From Candidatus Colwellbacteria bacterium (lineage in GTDB: Bacteria; Patescibacteriota; Minisyncoccia; UBA6257; Colwellbacteraceae): a stretch of 64,000 nt of DNA. This document shows, piece by piece, positions 46,034 through 54,513 of this stretch; within the stretch, counting starts at the first letter, position 1; every line of letters begins with the position of its first letter. The position numbers and the translations under genes are program-made. The DNA lies in contig JACOWZ010000003.1 of assembly GCA_016176525.1 (NCBI GenBank), forward strand, positions 63,554 through 127,553. The letters are read 5' to 3'. Under the pieces are notes generated by a model that was not told where the DNA came from, ran no database searches, and saw only the letters and a program-made list of their open reading frames with translations.

Positions 46034-48985
46034 CTACGGAATTACCAGAACGTGCGTGCCGGCAGTACTACCTACAACAGCATTTGTAGAAGGATCTGTG
46101 GCAGTTGCTTGAATAGAGATTGTGTAAGCGCCCGAGTCAACGCCGCTGCCTACAACAACTCCCATTGTGTAAGTGCAAGGCGATGAGAGCGATGGCTCAC
46201 AACCGCTAGTTGAGCCAAATGAAACAGTGATGTCTTCTGTGGGCGATACAGAACCAGCTAGAGATATATTAACAAAACCAAGCGTGCGCTTTGTTACATG
46301 TATGTTTGTAAGATACGCGCCAGATGTCGTTTGAATTTTTATTGCTGGGTCTGACGCAACAGTAAGGTTAGAAGAAACCACTAGAGTAAATGTTGTTTCC
46401 CCGCTTGCGCCAGTGCCAGCTTCCGTAGCGCTTAACGTAACAGAGTAAGTGCCAGGCAAAACATCTGCCGCTGTATTAATGGTCACTTCACGCGCGCATG
46501 GGTCCGTCGGGTCTAGAGAACAAGTTGAATTCGGCGAGAAGCTAACCGTTATGCCCGGGTTAGCCGGCGAAACAGTTGCAGACAAGCTTGCCGTCGAAGG
46601 CTCTGTTGTAATTTTTGTTACAGTAAGATTAGTCGAAGTAGATGAACCCTGCATTATTGTGTCTGACGGCGGATCCGCAAATATAACTATGCCGGAAGAT
46701 ACAACCAACTCAAATGTAGCAGCGCCTTTCTGTGTAGCATCACCAGACCCAAGAACCGTAATTGCATAGGTGCCAACAGGGGTTGCTGCGGTTGTTGTGA
46801 CGTTCAGGTCAATAGAACATGTAGGCGTGCAACTGGTTTCTGAAAGAGTCGCTGTAATCGTAGGTTCTGCAGGGTTAACTTGTGTAGATAGCGCCACCGG
46901 ACCTTGAGCTCCAGTAAGTTCGGCTACTGTAACAGAAGTTTCAGCGCTTCCACCGGAGGAAACCGTTGCAAGCGGCGGAACAGAAGCCATTACAATAGTT
47001 GAAGGGTTAACTGTAAGTTCATATACCGCTTCTGCCGTAGCGCCAGACCCAGCTTCAACCGCACTAACTTTTATTGTGTAGGCGCCGGCAGGAGTAAGAG
47101 CGGAAGTAATTATATTAATTGCAGATGCGCATGACTGCTCTGCCCCACCAGGCGTACATGTTGTTGGAGAAAATGTTGTAGAAATTGAAGGCTCTGCAGG
47201 GAAAACGCCGGCGGAGAAAGTAACTAATTGCGGAGAACCAGTAAGCTTTGTAACAGTAACCTCTGCTGAAGAGCTGCCGCCTTGGTCAATATTCCCTGCC
47301 ACGGGGTCAACTGTTGCGACAAGAGTTGAGCTTACAACCGCAAGCGTATAAGTGGTACTGCCGGTGTCTGTTCCACCAACGCCATTTCCGGTGATTGTAA
47401 TAGTGTACTGACCCATCGGCGTCTCTGGTGTTGTTGCAACAACCATATCTGAAGTGCAGTCAGGCTCTGGGTCGCAGCTAACCGGCGCAAGCGAAACTGC
47501 AACGGTTGATTCTGCAGGCAATACACTGCTTGTAAGAGAAACGTCCGCAGACTCCCCTGTAACTTGGTGGACACCTATGATAGATGCAGTAAACTCGCCT
47601 GCCACAACTGAACCGTGTGAAGGGCTAGAGTCTAAAACTATTGTCGCGGGTTCAATAACCAATGCATATGTTGTCTCTTTCGTATTACCGTTCGGATCGG
47701 TGCCTATAATTGTAATGTCATACGAACCCGCTGGGGTTTCTGGTTCGGTTGTAAGAAGCATTATAGATGCGCAACTATTTACAGCTGGATCTAGTGGATC
47801 ATTAGGAGTGCACGATACAGGGTTAAATGTTACACCTACGGTAGGTTCAGTGGGTAAGATGTTCGCAGAAAACCCAACCGCTGCAGGTAACCCTTGCAGT
47901 CTTGTAACGACAACGCTACTTGTTACATCACTACCTTGGCCAACTTCCGAAGTTGACGGGTCAGCTTCAATACTAAAATCAAAACTGTTGACGGTTAGGG
48001 TGTAGACTGCAGACTGGTACTCGCCGCTTGTCGCCTCTGTGCCAGTAATTGTAATATCATAGTTGCCCGGAGGGGTAAGCGTTGTTGTTGAAACTGTCGC
48101 GTTAGAGGTGCAGGGTATTTCTATTGTCGGCATGCAAGAAGAAGGGTCAAATGCAACAGATACGCTAGCTTCTACAGGACTTACTTCGTATGAAAATGCC
48201 ACACTCTGCGGTACACCCGTGAGTTTGGCCACTGTTACTGTTGTATCTGCACTCTCTCCCGGATCAACAGATTCCCCGGATGGATCAACCGAAATTATAA
48301 ATGTTGAGGGCTCATAGAAACCTTCGTAGTAGCTTTGGTAGTAGCCTTGGCCATAGTAATAGCCTTGGCTGTAGTAGTAGCCTTGGTAGTAGCCCTGATA
48401 ATAACCTTGGCTGTAGTAGTAGCCTTGGCCATAGTAATAGCCCTGATAATAGCCTTGAGAGTAATAGTAGCCTTGGCCATAGTAATAGCCCTGATAATAG
48501 CCTTGAGAGTAATAGTAGCCTTGAGAGTAATAGTAGCCTTGGTAGTATCCCTGATAATAGCCTTGATAATAGCCCTGCGTGTAGTAAACACCCTCGGAGT
48601 AATAAAGGGCTTGGTAATAACCTTGATAGTAGCCTTGGGTGTAGTAAACGCCTTGGGTGTAGTAGATACCCTGGTAATAGCCTTCGGAGTAATAAAGGGC
48701 TTGGTAATAACCCTCATAAAGACCTTCGTAGTAGCCTTGAGAATAGCCGCCTCCACCTCCTCCTCCGCCTCCACCTCCTCCGCACCCGAGCTCAAACATT
48801 CTACCTGCTGAATCTCCATCAGTTTCACCATCAGTAGTAAGGGCTAAAAACTCTATATTATCATCGCATTCTATTAAAACCGCCTCAGCAGTATTAACCG
48901 CGGTTGTAACCGCGGCTAAAAAAGAGAGAGAAACAACGCCTAAAAATGCAAATCGTATTAGCGTTGTATTCTTTTTGAGCTTCAT
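46034..48985 (-). CDS. giant secreted surface protein: signal peptide, Gly12 tract, Tyr/Gly/Gln-rich repeat domain, then ~8 tandem Ig-like beta-sandwich domains
   Basis: 983 aa. Residues 69-80 are GGGGGGGGGGGG. Residues 81-226 are (G/S/Q)YY(Q/E/S)G-type repeats with ~45 % Tyr. Downstream ~90-aa modules recur with pattern …VTV.KLTG.PQ.V.FS…P.EP.I…F.P..CTP…C…T….G.Y.ITI…. Confidence 0.75.
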   Translation of the reverse strand: MKLKKNTTLIRFAFLGVVSLSFLAAVTTAVNTAEAVLIECDDNIEFLALTTDGETDGDSAGRMFELGCGGGGGGGGGGGGYSQGYYEGLYEGYYQALYYSEGYYQGIYYTQGVYYTQGYYQGYYQALYYSEGVYYTQGYYQGYYQGYYQGYYYSQGYYYSQGYYQGYYYGQGYYYSQGYYQGYYYGQGYYYSQGYYQGYYQGYYYSQGYYYGQGYYQSYYEGFYEPSTFIISVDPSGESVDPGESADTTVTVAKLTGVPQSVAFSYEVSPVEASVSVAFDPSSCMPTIEIPCTSNATVSTTTLTPPGNYDITITGTEATSGEYQSAVYTLTVNSFDFSIEADPSTSEVGQGSDVTSSVVVTRLQGLPAAVGFSANILPTEPTVGVTFNPVSCTPNDPLDPAVNSCASIMLLTTEPETPAGSYDITIIGTDPNGNTKETTYALVIEPATIVLDSSPSHGSVVAGEFTASIIGVHQVTGESADVSLTSSVLPAESTVAVSLAPVSCDPEPDCTSDMVVATTPETPMGQYTITITGNGVGGTDTGSTTYTLAVVSSTLVATVDPVAGNIDQGGSSSAEVTVTKLTGSPQLVTFSAGVFPAEPSISTTFSPTTCTPGGAEQSCASAINIITSALTPAGAYTIKVSAVEAGSGATAEAVYELTVNPSTIVMASVPPLATVSSGGSAETSVTVAELTGAQGPVALSTQVNPAEPTITATLSETSCTPTCSIDLNVTTTAATPVGTYAITVLGSGDATQKGAATFELVVSSGIVIFADPPSDTIMQGSSTSTNLTVTKITTEPSTASLSATVSPANPGITVSFSPNSTCSLDPTDPCAREVTINTAADVLPGTYSVTLSATEAGTGASGETTFTLVVSSNLTVASDPAIKIQTTSGAYLTNIHVTKRTLGFVNISLAGSVSPTEDITVSFGSTSGCEPSLSSPCTYTMGVVVGSGVDSGAYTISIQATATDPSTNAVVGSTAGTHVLVIP
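48305..48781 (-). repeat. tandem 12-18-nt coding microsatellite-like repeats (Tyr/Gly/Gln domain plus Gly12 tract)
   Basis: Iterated units such as tagtagccttggccatagtaatagccctgataatagccttgagagtaa… on the plus strand, translating to GYYQGYYYSQGYYY… on the minus strand. Confidence 0.75.
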
Positions 48986-49112
48986 AATAGTTAAAACTTA
49001 AATTTTAAGCTCTATGAACGTAAGCCTATACCAAATGTTTAATATAGGTCAACAAACACATGTGGATAACTTCTTTAGTATATTAATTTATAAATGTTTT
49101 TCCGGTTTTTAA

Positions 49113-49142
49113 TAAAAAATGCCCCAATAATTTTATTGGGGC
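49113..49142 (-). terminator. rho-independent terminator after the metalloprotease gene
   Basis: TGCCCCAATAA-tttt-TTATTGGGGCA hairpin followed on the minus strand by TTTTTTATT. Confidence 0.55.
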
Positions 49143-49158
49143 AGATGGGTAGATAGGG

Positions 49159-50415
49159 CTAGAACCTCTTCATGCCTTCCGGAATACATGTTGATGTCCA
49201 GCTCGTTTTGGGAATGAAGACTTCGTCGTCGTACAGCTTGTCGTTTTTGATCGGTTCCCGCCAGTCGTATGCTTCGGCCAGCGCGAACAGATCAAGGTTC
49301 GACAGGCAATTGCGTTCATTCCACTTGTGGCCGGTCATTACGTCGTCCGGTTGGTTTTTGAAACAGCCATAGCGCGGAGAGCAGTGGGTGGTTTCAGGCC
49401 AAGCTCCAGAGTGTCCGGCGCCGATGCAGTGGCCGAATTCATGGAGAACCAAGTTGCGTAGATCCACCGGCTGTTGGCTGTTTTGGTACTCGCCGATACC
49501 CTCGTGTTTGGTGATGCAGACTGGTTTTCCGGAATTCAGAGGGTTGCTTTCCCAGCGCGCTTCCCCGCTATGTTTTACGAAAGGGATTGGATCTCCGACC
49601 ATCGCGATAGCGATTAGAATGTCGGCGGTCCTCACCTCTTCCGGCCCAGCGTTGTATCCGGCAACCTTGATTGTCCAGGAAAGGCCGGAGAGCTGGGTGA
49701 ATTGCTGGGAGTTTTCAGCCAGGAACCATTCCCAGTATTCCGCCGCTTCCATGGCGGCTTGAACCGCGGGGTGCCGATAGGTCGCATCCGGTCCGATCCA
49801 GCTCTGGTTTTGGACCATTGCTCGGACCGAAAAATATGCGGGGGGCAAGATGACAACCTTCAGACCAACCGGTTGCACGGGGATTTTGTAGCCCCACATG
49901 TACCAGTGTGTCTCGGGCGACAGAATCTTGATTTTGATCTCCGCGTTTGCGGTTTGATCAAATTCATCTTCTGCTGAGACTTGTACGATGTAGTCACCCG
50001 CCTCTGCATAGGTATACGTCGGCTCCTTGTCGGTCGCGGTTTCTCCGTCGCCGAAGTTCCATCGAATTGTCGTTATCTTCGACGATAAGGTTTCGGCTCG
50101 GAACAGCACATTTTTCCCCTGCAATGCGGTGTATCCGTCGATATCGCGCATGATATCAGTTCCGATGACCGCTAGATTTAAGACTAGCGGTTGCACTACC
50201 GGTACACTTTCTGGCGTCTTGGGTGTTTCTACCTCCGGTGTATCGGGAGGCGGCTTCGTAATCTGTTCTTCCGGCTCCTCCGGTGGCAATACAGGTTCTG
50301 CAGTTTCTGTCTTCTCTGTGACAATGATTTCGGGTTTGCTTCCCACACAACCGCTCAAGAGCGCCTGTGCAAGAAAAACCGCAAAGACCACCGCACAAAT
50401 GTTTTTCTGGTTCAT
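49159..50415 (-). CDS. lipoprotein with PKD domain and C-terminal metzincin-type zinc metalloprotease domain (matrixin/serralysin-like HExxHxxGxxH)
   Basis: Lipobox LLSGC. PKD signature IRWNFGDGETATDKEPTYTYAEAGDYIVQVSAED. Zinc motif VLHEFGHCIGAGHS. Gene is conspicuously GC-rich versus flanks, and many spurious ORFs overlap it on both strands. Confidence 0.75.
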   Translation of the reverse strand: MNQKNICAVVFAVFLAQALLSGCVGSKPEIIVTEKTETAEPVLPPEEPEEQITKPPPDTPEVETPKTPESVPVVQPLVLNLAVIGTDIMRDIDGYTALQGKNVLFRAETLSSKITTIRWNFGDGETATDKEPTYTYAEAGDYIVQVSAEDEFDQTANAEIKIKILSPETHWYMWGYKIPVQPVGLKVVILPPAYFSVRAMVQNQSWIGPDATYRHPAVQAAMEAAEYWEWFLAENSQQFTQLSGLSWTIKVAGYNAGPEEVRTADILIAIAMVGDPIPFVKHSGEARWESNPLNSGKPVCITKHEGIGEYQNSQQPVDLRNLVLHEFGHCIGAGHSGAWPETTHCSPRYGCFKNQPDDVMTGHKWNERNCLSNLDLFALAEAYDWREPIKNDKLYDDEVFIPKTSWTSTCIPEGMKRF

Positions 50416-50523
50416 TCAGGTTTCACCCTTGTTAAGAAAACTAAGTATAGGCTAGCACATTACATGTGTTTTGTCAAAGTATTGACCGATTTTTTTTAGG
50501 GTGATACTATTTAAAAATCAAAA

Positions 50524-50976
50524 ATGAAAAACAAATTATTAATATTTTCAGGTTTGGCGCTCATCGCAATTTTTCTAGGGCTTTTTATCACAATTGGACC
50601 GGCTTTAAATAACAACACATCCGACGGCCCCAAAGTAACAGATGTATTAAATACTCCCGGGCAAGACGCAACCGACGAGGAAAGGCGGCAACATTTTGAA
50701 CTCGCCGCAATGTTGGCAGAAGAAGCAGATTTGCTTGATATTACTGGCTGCAAAGCAGACCCAGTTGTACTTAAACTTACAGACCAAGAAACTTTTGGAG
50801 TAAAAAATGATGATATTGTCCCACACGTTTTGAGAATAAGCGACGAAATAGAGTTTACAGTAGAGGCAAACTCTACGACTGGGCTTAAAGCAGACTTTGG
50901 GCATGGAGTTGGGCTCTATGGTTATGGATGTGATGGATCCACCGGCGCAATAGGGCTTTTTTTGGTAACTTTCTAA
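50524..50976 (+). CDS. small membrane-anchored protein with cupredoxin-like beta-sandwich domain (putative)
   Basis: 150 aa. N-terminal TM. Region CKADPVVLKLTDQETFGVKNDDIVPHVLRISDEIEFTVEAN…FGHGVGLYGYGCDG resembles the cupredoxin-like N-domains of the two downstream paralogs. Confidence 0.45.
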   Translation: MKNKLLIFSGLALIAIFLGLFITIGPALNNNTSDGPKVTDVLNTPGQDATDEERRQHFELAAMLAEEADLLDITGCKADPVVLKLTDQETFGVKNDDIVPHVLRISDEIEFTVEANSTTGLKADFGHGVGLYGYGCDGSTGAIGLFLVTF

Positions 50977-50985
50977 AAAATATCT

Positions 50986-52251
50986 TTGGATATGCCGAAC
51001 CCATCGCAAAAGAATAAAAGCGGGGCAACGGCAATGTCGCTTCTTATATCTTCTGTAAGCATAATAATTCTTGCAGAAGTCTGGATGCTTTTGGGGTTTA
51101 AAATACCTATTCCCTTTTTTGACACTGCAACTCTCTATGCTTCGGAAATTAAATATTTAGAAGATAACAATCTCTCTTTTTACGAACTTGCAAAATATTT
51201 TACAAAAATCTCTAATGAAGAAGGCGCAGAATATGCCTATAATCTATTAAAAATTGCGCCAATCCCACCAAATACGGATATGCACCTCCTTGGGCATGTT
51301 GTTAGCGATGAATTATACAAACAAAAAGGCAGCGAGGGCATAAAAATTTGTACGCCGGACTTTAGAAATGCATGCTCGCACTCAATCGTGGTTGGGTTAT
51401 TACTAGAAAAAGGCGATTCCGCAATGGACGAAATATCCGAAGCGTGCCGCCTTGCGCCCGGGGGCAGGGGCGCATACACTATGTGCTTCCACGGTTTGGG
51501 CCATGGCGTGCTTGCCTACAGCGACTATGACATGCAGGATGCTGTTGAGCTTTGCGCAACAACCGGCACAAAGGAATATCTCCAAAGAGAATATATTGAG
51601 TGCGTTGGCGGAACAGTTATGGAAATTGTCGGCGGCGGATTCCATAACCAAGAATTGTGGCAAAAAAAATCGGATGAATATTTAAGTGTGTCTGACCCGC
51701 TTTATCTATGCTCAAAAGAAATAATGCCCGAAATAGCGCAAGCACAGTGTTATACATATTTAACTCCGCATCTTTTTAAACGCGCTGGCGGCAGTTTAAG
51801 TAATTTAACTCCCGATGTTTATGAGCGCGCGTTTGTATATTGCGAAGGCATACCAAAGAGTGAAGCTTCTTTAAGGGCAAGTTGCTATGGTGGATTTGGC
51901 AAGGAATTCGTTGTGCTCGCAAAAGCGCGAGATGTTCGCCAAATTGGCAATATGACAGACGAAGAACTTGCGAAGGTGTACGAATGGTGCAGTTTAGCGC
52001 CGCATAGCGAGGGTATAAACGCGTGTATTAATACATCCGCGGCTTCAATATTTTGGGGCGGCGAAAATGAACCTGTTGCTGTTATTAAATTTTGCAGTAT
52101 TGTGGAGGACACTTCTATACAGCAAGAATGTTTTGCGAACCTCTTTAATTCCGTAAAGTATTACATAAATGACCTTGCTTATTTAGAAAATTTTTGTGCA
52201 AAAGTACCGAATAATTATAAAGGCACTTGCGAAGAAAAATTAGTAAACTAG
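50986..52251 (+). CDS. Cys/His-rich membrane-anchored paralog 1 (CxHGxGHG family, unknown function)
   Basis: 421 aa. TM at ~17-38 (alternative start ~51034). Motifs HLLGHVVSDELY, ACSHSIVVGLL, MCFHGLGHGVLAY. Many paired Cys. Confidence 0.65.
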   Translation: MDMPNPSQKNKSGATAMSLLISSVSIIILAEVWMLLGFKIPIPFFDTATLYASEIKYLEDNNLSFYELAKYFTKISNEEGAEYAYNLLKIAPIPPNTDMHLLGHVVSDELYKQKGSEGIKICTPDFRNACSHSIVVGLLLEKGDSAMDEISEACRLAPGGRGAYTMCFHGLGHGVLAYSDYDMQDAVELCATTGTKEYLQREYIECVGGTVMEIVGGGFHNQELWQKKSDEYLSVSDPLYLCSKEIMPEIAQAQCYTYLTPHLFKRAGGSLSNLTPDVYERAFVYCEGIPKSEASLRASCYGGFGKEFVVLAKARDVRQIGNMTDEELAKVYEWCSLAPHSEGINACINTSAASIFWGGENEPVAVIKFCSIVEDTSIQQECFANLFNSVKYYINDLAYLENFCAKVPNNYKGTCEEKLVN

Positions 52252-52255
52252 AGAT

Positions 52256-53299
52256 ATGAAAGCATATAAAATATTAGGAATAGCTGGAGCAGTGGTTTTT
52301 ATAATTTTAGGTTTTTTTGCAGTTATAAATTTTAGCACAAACTCTCACGATAAATACCCCTTATCTTCCGGTACGGCAAGTTCTAATGGAGCGATGAACC
52401 CGGTAGAAGAACGCAATAAGTGGGCAGGGCTTATTGATAAATTTGGGCCGGAGTATGCATACGCCGAATTTAAAAAAGAATATGCACCTACCCACTTTGG
52501 AATTCAGCACGCCGCCGCGCACTTGGTTGGAGAATTACTGTACGACAAACTTGGCGTAGATGGAGTAACGGTTTGCGACTCCACTTTTGCATTCGGGTGC
52601 TACCACAGCTTTTTTGGCAAAGCTCTTGCAGTAAATGGATTGAGTATAATTAAAAAACTTGATGAGGCATGCATTCAAGCATACGGCCCGCTTGGCACAG
52701 GATGCACGCACGGCATAGGCCACGGGCTGGTGGAATATTTTGGCCACCAACAATTAATTAAAGCACTTGAGGCTTGTACGCTTACAACGCAGGTAAAAAA
52801 GCTCTTTGGCTGCACATCTGGCGTATTTATGGAATACAACGTGCCAATTGTGTTTGATGGCCCAACTGCGAAAACAGAAATTAGAGAACTTAATGCCGCA
52901 AATCCGCACGAGCCGTGTAATACAATTGTGCCGGAGAAATTCAGAGAATCTTGCTACTACGAAATGGGCCAATGGTGGGATAAAGTTTTTAATAAAGATT
53001 ACAAACACATTGGACTCTTATGCGAAGAAGCGCAATCTGAATACAGAGAACCGTGTTATTTAGGTATAGGCAATGTTGCCGCGCCGTCAAATGAATATAA
53101 TGTACAAGAAACTATAAATACATGTCTTCTTATGCCAAATGAAGATGCAAAACTCTTATGTAGGGCAGGGGCATCTTGGAGTTTCTTTGCAGTGCCCGAG
53201 CAGAGGCAACTATCCCCTAAACTTTGCGAAGGTTTGGTAAGCGCAGAAACACACAGGTGCGCGCAAAAAGCCGACCTTATTGGAGTTGGAAGAACATAA
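52256..53299 (+). CDS. Cys/His-rich membrane-anchored paralog 2
   Basis: 347 aa. N-terminal TM. QHAAAHLVGELLY, GCYHSFFGKALA, GCTHGIGHGLVEY in the same order as paralog 1. Confidence 0.65.
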   Translation: MKAYKILGIAGAVVFIILGFFAVINFSTNSHDKYPLSSGTASSNGAMNPVEERNKWAGLIDKFGPEYAYAEFKKEYAPTHFGIQHAAAHLVGELLYDKLGVDGVTVCDSTFAFGCYHSFFGKALAVNGLSIIKKLDEACIQAYGPLGTGCTHGIGHGLVEYFGHQQLIKALEACTLTTQVKKLFGCTSGVFMEYNVPIVFDGPTAKTEIRELNAANPHEPCNTIVPEKFRESCYYEMGQWWDKVFNKDYKHIGLLCEEAQSEYREPCYLGIGNVAAPSNEYNVQETINTCLLMPNEDAKLLCRAGASWSFFAVPEQRQLSPKLCEGLVSAETHRCAQKADLIGVGRT

Positions 53300-53304
53300 A
53301 TAAA

Positions 53305-54513
53305 ATGCTAAAACGTTACCTTATAACCGGCCTCTTAATAATACCAATCAGTTTAATTGGATTTTTGTCTTACCAAAATGGAGGCACGGCTTATGTTGTA
53401 AGCCCTTTACAGCTTGAAGCTTATGCCAACGAAGTGATAGAAATATGTACGAATGATTCTTACAGGCCGTCTTGCTATGACAAAGAGATACCAAAGCTGA
53501 TGGACAATATATCTATGGAAGATGCTTTTAAAGTTACTGTAATTATTCAGCAAAAAGACACATCATACCCGTACTGCCACGTACTTGGGCATAACTTAAG
53601 TGCAAGAGAAGTACAAAAAGACCCATCCAACTGGAAAGAAGTCTTAGCGCGATGCCCCAGTGGAGTTTGCTCAAACGGATGTTTACACGGCGGCTTGCAG
53701 GAAAAATTCCGCGGTGAATACCCAACAGAAGAAGAATTGGTAGCTCTAAAGCCGGACCTCTTCAACATTTGTGAGAAAAAAGAAAACTGGAACCCTACCG
53801 GCCTTGAGCAAGCGTCTTGCTACCATGCCCTCGGGCACTTATCTATGTATCTTACAAAGGCTGATATTTATAAATCTCTAGATCTTTGCAAAGAGATGGC
53901 GCTAAAACCCGACGGTAGAGATTATCAGCAACTTTGCTTTGACGGGGCATTTATGCAGATCTTTCAGCCGTTGGAACCGGAAGATTTTGCGCTTGTTGAG
54001 GGCAAAGAGCCGGCGAAAGAAGAAGTATATTCTTTTTGCAGCAAGTTTACAGGACAGCAAAGAGGTTCGTGCTGGAGTGAGACTTGGCCTTTATTTAGAG
54101 AGGAACTGCAAAAACCGGAAGGCCTTGTGGCGCACTGTGAGAAATCAGATCTGGCTGAACGACAGAGATGCTACAATGCGCTTGTTTATGTTCTAACTGC
54201 ACAATTCAGTTTTGATTCGGAACGCATTAAAAACTACTGCTCTGGCCTTCCTGCAGGCACGAGAGAACTCTGTTTTGCAAACGCTTCGTCACGAATGATA
54301 GAAACTGACTACAGGAACATAGACTTAGCGGTACAACTCTGCAGCGAAGCAGCGCTATTTGATAAAGATGGTGAGTGCTTCCAAGAACTTATTAAATATT
54401 CAACATTTAATTTCCATGCCGGATCTGAACAATTCTTTAAAATATGCAACGCTATGCCAGAACCTTGGAGTAGTAAGTGTTTAAACAACCCAAACGCTAA
54501 TTATGCCAATTAA
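53305..54513 (+). CDS. Cys/His-rich membrane-anchored paralog 3
   Basis: Probable start MLKRYLITGLLIIPISLIGFL at 53305 (ORF track 53224 overlaps paralog 2). YCHVLGHNLSAREV, GCLHGGLQEKF, SCYHALGHLSMYL. Confidence 0.65.
   Translation: MLKRYLITGLLIIPISLIGFLSYQNGGTAYVVSPLQLEAYANEVIEICTNDSYRPSCYDKEIPKLMDNISMEDAFKVTVIIQQKDTSYPYCHVLGHNLSAREVQKDPSNWKEVLARCPSGVCSNGCLHGGLQEKFRGEYPTEEELVALKPDLFNICEKKENWNPTGLEQASCYHALGHLSMYLTKADIYKSLDLCKEMALKPDGRDYQQLCFDGAFMQIFQPLEPEDFALVEGKEPAKEEVYSFCSKFTGQQRGSCWSETWPLFREELQKPEGLVAHCEKSDLAERQRCYNALVYVLTAQFSFDSERIKNYCSGLPAGTRELCFANASSRMIETDYRNIDLAVQLCSEAALFDKDGECFQELIKYSTFNFHAGSEQFFKICNAMPEPWSSKCLNNPNANYAN

Noticed and set aside
48295-48837. Three overlapping 158-178-aa ORFs on both strands within the tandem-repeat region
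   Set aside because: Alternative frames of the GYYQGYY repeat DNA. The in-frame 983-aa surface protein with signal peptide explains the region.
49172-50499. Many 60-140-aa ORFs on both strands across the metalloprotease gene
   Set aside because: A consequence of locally high GC (few stop codons). Only the 418-aa minus-strand frame has lipobox, PKD and HExxH motifs.
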